Shown in pieces: positions 29,336 through 32,000 of a stretch of 32,000 nucleotides of DNA. The stretch is from Candidatus Blochmanniella floridana. GTDB lineage: Bacteria; Pseudomonadota; Gammaproteobacteria; Enterobacterales; Enterobacteriaceae. Every line of letters begins with the position of its first letter. Positions within the stretch are counted from its first letter, which is position 1. A model generated the notes under the pieces. It had not been told where the DNA came from and ran no database searches. It saw nothing but the letters and a program-made list of their open reading frames with translations. Position numbers and translations under genes: made by a program. The DNA lies in NCBI GenBank assembly GCA_000043285.1, contig BX248583.1, positions 120,001 to 152,000 on the forward strand. The letters are read 5' to 3'.

Positions 29336-29950
29336 TTATTTTAAAAACAAAGGTTGATTATTTTCGTGTTTTTGAATATTGGATTCAAATTTTAATGTTA
29401 AGCTAATTTTATCAAGATTATTGAGCATATAATTACGATAAGAATCCTTGATTTTAAAAAAATATTTTTTATTTTTTATAGAAACTGTATTTTCACATAG
29501 GTTTACAGTGATAAATAGTTTATTATTATTATGAGTGTGTATATGTATGTTTTGAAATATAGAGTGTATTTCTGATTCTGATAATGTTACTAATAATAAG
29601 CGATTATTGAAACTATTTTTATAAAAAATATTAGCAAAGCTTGATGCTATAATTACTCGAAATCCGTAATCGATAAGAGCCCATACGGCATGTTCTCGAG
29701 ATGAACCGCATCCAAAATTTTTTCGGGTTATCAAAATGCTGGCATTTTGATAATATGGATTATTTAATACGAAATTGATATTTGGAGTATGAGGTGTATT
29801 TTCAAGGTATCTCCAATTAAAAAATAAATATTTACCTAAATTTGATCGAGAAGTTATTTTTAAAAATTGTTTAGGAATAATATTATCGGTGTCGATATTA
29901 GTGATATTTAAGGGTAATGCGATCCCGGTATGTTGAGTAAATGCTGACAT
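29336..29950 (-). CDS. leuD: 3-isopropylmalate dehydratase small subunit
   Basis: 204 aa. [21 protein letters not shown] and [19 protein letters not shown] match E. coli LeuD. Confidence 0.93.
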
Positions 29951-29983
29951 GTTGATATATTCTCTGTTATATATGTAATTAAA

Positions 29984-31395
29984 TTAAAAATATGTTCGAA
30001 TGTCGACAAAATGTCCAGCAATGGCAGCAGCTGCTGCCATTGCTGGACTGACTAAATGAGTAAGTCCTCCTCGACCTTGTCGTCCTTCAAAGTTTCGATT
30101 ACTTGTAGAAGCGCAACGTTCTCCTGCGTTTAATCGATCTTCGTTCATACCTAAACACATGGAACAACCAGGTAAACGCCATTCAAAACCGGCTTTTATA
30201 AATATTGAATCTAATCCTTCTTTTTCAGCTTGTTTTTTAACTGGTTTAGATCCCGGTACTACTATAGCATGGACGTTATTGGATATTTTATGATCTTTGA
30301 TAATATTAGCAGCGGATCTTAAATCTTCGATTCTTGAATTTGTGCATGATCCTATAAATACTTTATCTATAGAAATATTTGTTAAATAAGTATTAGGAGT
30401 TAACTTCATGTAATTTAAAGCTTGTATAACGGATTTACGTTCTATAGGATCTGTAAAAATTTCTAATTTAGGTATAGGTTGGTCAATAGAAATAACCTGG
30501 CTAGGATTAGTTCCCCAAGTTATTTGTGGTTTAATATTAGATATATCGAAATTGAATATTTTGTCAAAATTAGTATCATGATCAGAATGTAAAGTATTCC
30601 AGAATAAAAGAGCTTGATTCCAATGCGTTTTATTTGGGGAAAATTTTTTATTTTTTAAATAATTATAAGTAGTTACGTCTGGAGCTATTAAAGCAGATGC
30701 AGCTCCCATCTCGATGGACATATTGCAAATAGTCATTCGTTCTTCCATGCTGAGTGTATTGATAACATCACCATAAAATTCTACTATATAACCTGATGCC
30801 CCTCCGTGCCCGATTTTTCCTATTATAAATAAGATTAAATCCTTTGCTGTGATATAAGGTGGTATTGTTCCGAATAAATTTATTCCCATTGATTTATATT
30901 TAGGTTGTCTTAGGGTTTGTGTAACTAATACATGCTCTATTTCTGATGTTCCAATACCAAAAGATAATGCCCCAAAAGCTCCATGAGTGGAAGTATGTGA
31001 ATCCCCACATACAACTGTCATACCAGGGAGTATAATACCTTGTTCTGGGGCTAAAACATGAATGATACCTTGGTGAGGATGACTTAAATCAAATAATGTA
31101 ATGTTAAAATCTTTGCAATTTTTTGTTAATTGATTTAATTGTATTTTAGACATACCTTCAATAGAATGTATATTTTGCATAATGGTAGGAACATTATGAT
31201 CCATAGTAGCAAAAGTTTTATTTGGTCTTCTGATTTTTCGATTTTTAAATCTGATAGATTCAAAAGCTTGAGGTGAAGTGACTTCATGTAATAAATGACG
31301 ATCAATATATAGTATTGGATCATCATTCGTATCTTCATGTATTACATGTGAATCATATATTTTGTGATATAATAATTTTCCCATAAATATACTCA

Positions 31396-31396
<1 letters not shown>
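29984..31396 (-). CDS. leuC: 3-isopropylmalate dehydratase large subunit
   Basis: [53 protein letters not shown], and [25 protein letters not shown] match E. coli LeuC. The ATG at 31396 forms a TAATG overlap with the leuB stop. The second ATG at 31384 ([14 protein letters not shown]) aligns exactly with E. coli MAKTLYEKLFDAHV and may be the true start. Confidence 0.95.

Positions 31397-32000
<604 letters not shown>

Noticed and set aside
31135-31338. 67-aa ORF on the - strand inside leuC
   Set aside because: It is an alternative frame within leuC, whose own frame has near-identity blocks to LeuC.

Overview
This is a very AT-rich, densely packed housekeeping block typical of a reduced gammaproteobacterial insect endosymbiont. 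Gene content and order suggest a Blochmannia-like genome, but that cannot be verified without a database search. Gene order follows the first ~80 kb of the E. coli K-12 map, compressed into 32 kb. On the + strand: deaD (5' partial), holD, thrA, thrB, thrC, dnaK, dnaJ, then ribF, ileS, lspA, an eroded ispH, dapB, carA, carB and folA. rpsT lies on the - strand between dnaJ and ribF. Also on the - strand: apaH, rsmA(ksgA), pdxA, surA, lptD, leuD, leuC and leuB (5' partial). I found no RNA genes, CRISPR arrays, mobile elements, prophage or defence/toxin modules, and I do not think the window hides a novel multi-gene system. Four things are not explained by ordinary annotation. (1) Two long, perfect palindromes: 104 bp at the convergent dnaJ/rpsT junction, whose left arm includes the last 30 nt of dnaJ, and 72 bp ending directly at the thrA Shine-Dalgarno. 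(2) A full-length, collinear but heavily disrupted ispH (lytB) pseudogene between lspA and dapB. (3) An apparently 3'-truncated deaD whose in-frame downstream sequence may still resemble the lost C-terminal domain. (4) A well-preserved sigma-32-type promoter in front of dnaK. Smaller oddities are a G9 tract in folA, a TTG start for rpsT, a degenerate SurA parvulin domain and LptD cysteine loss.
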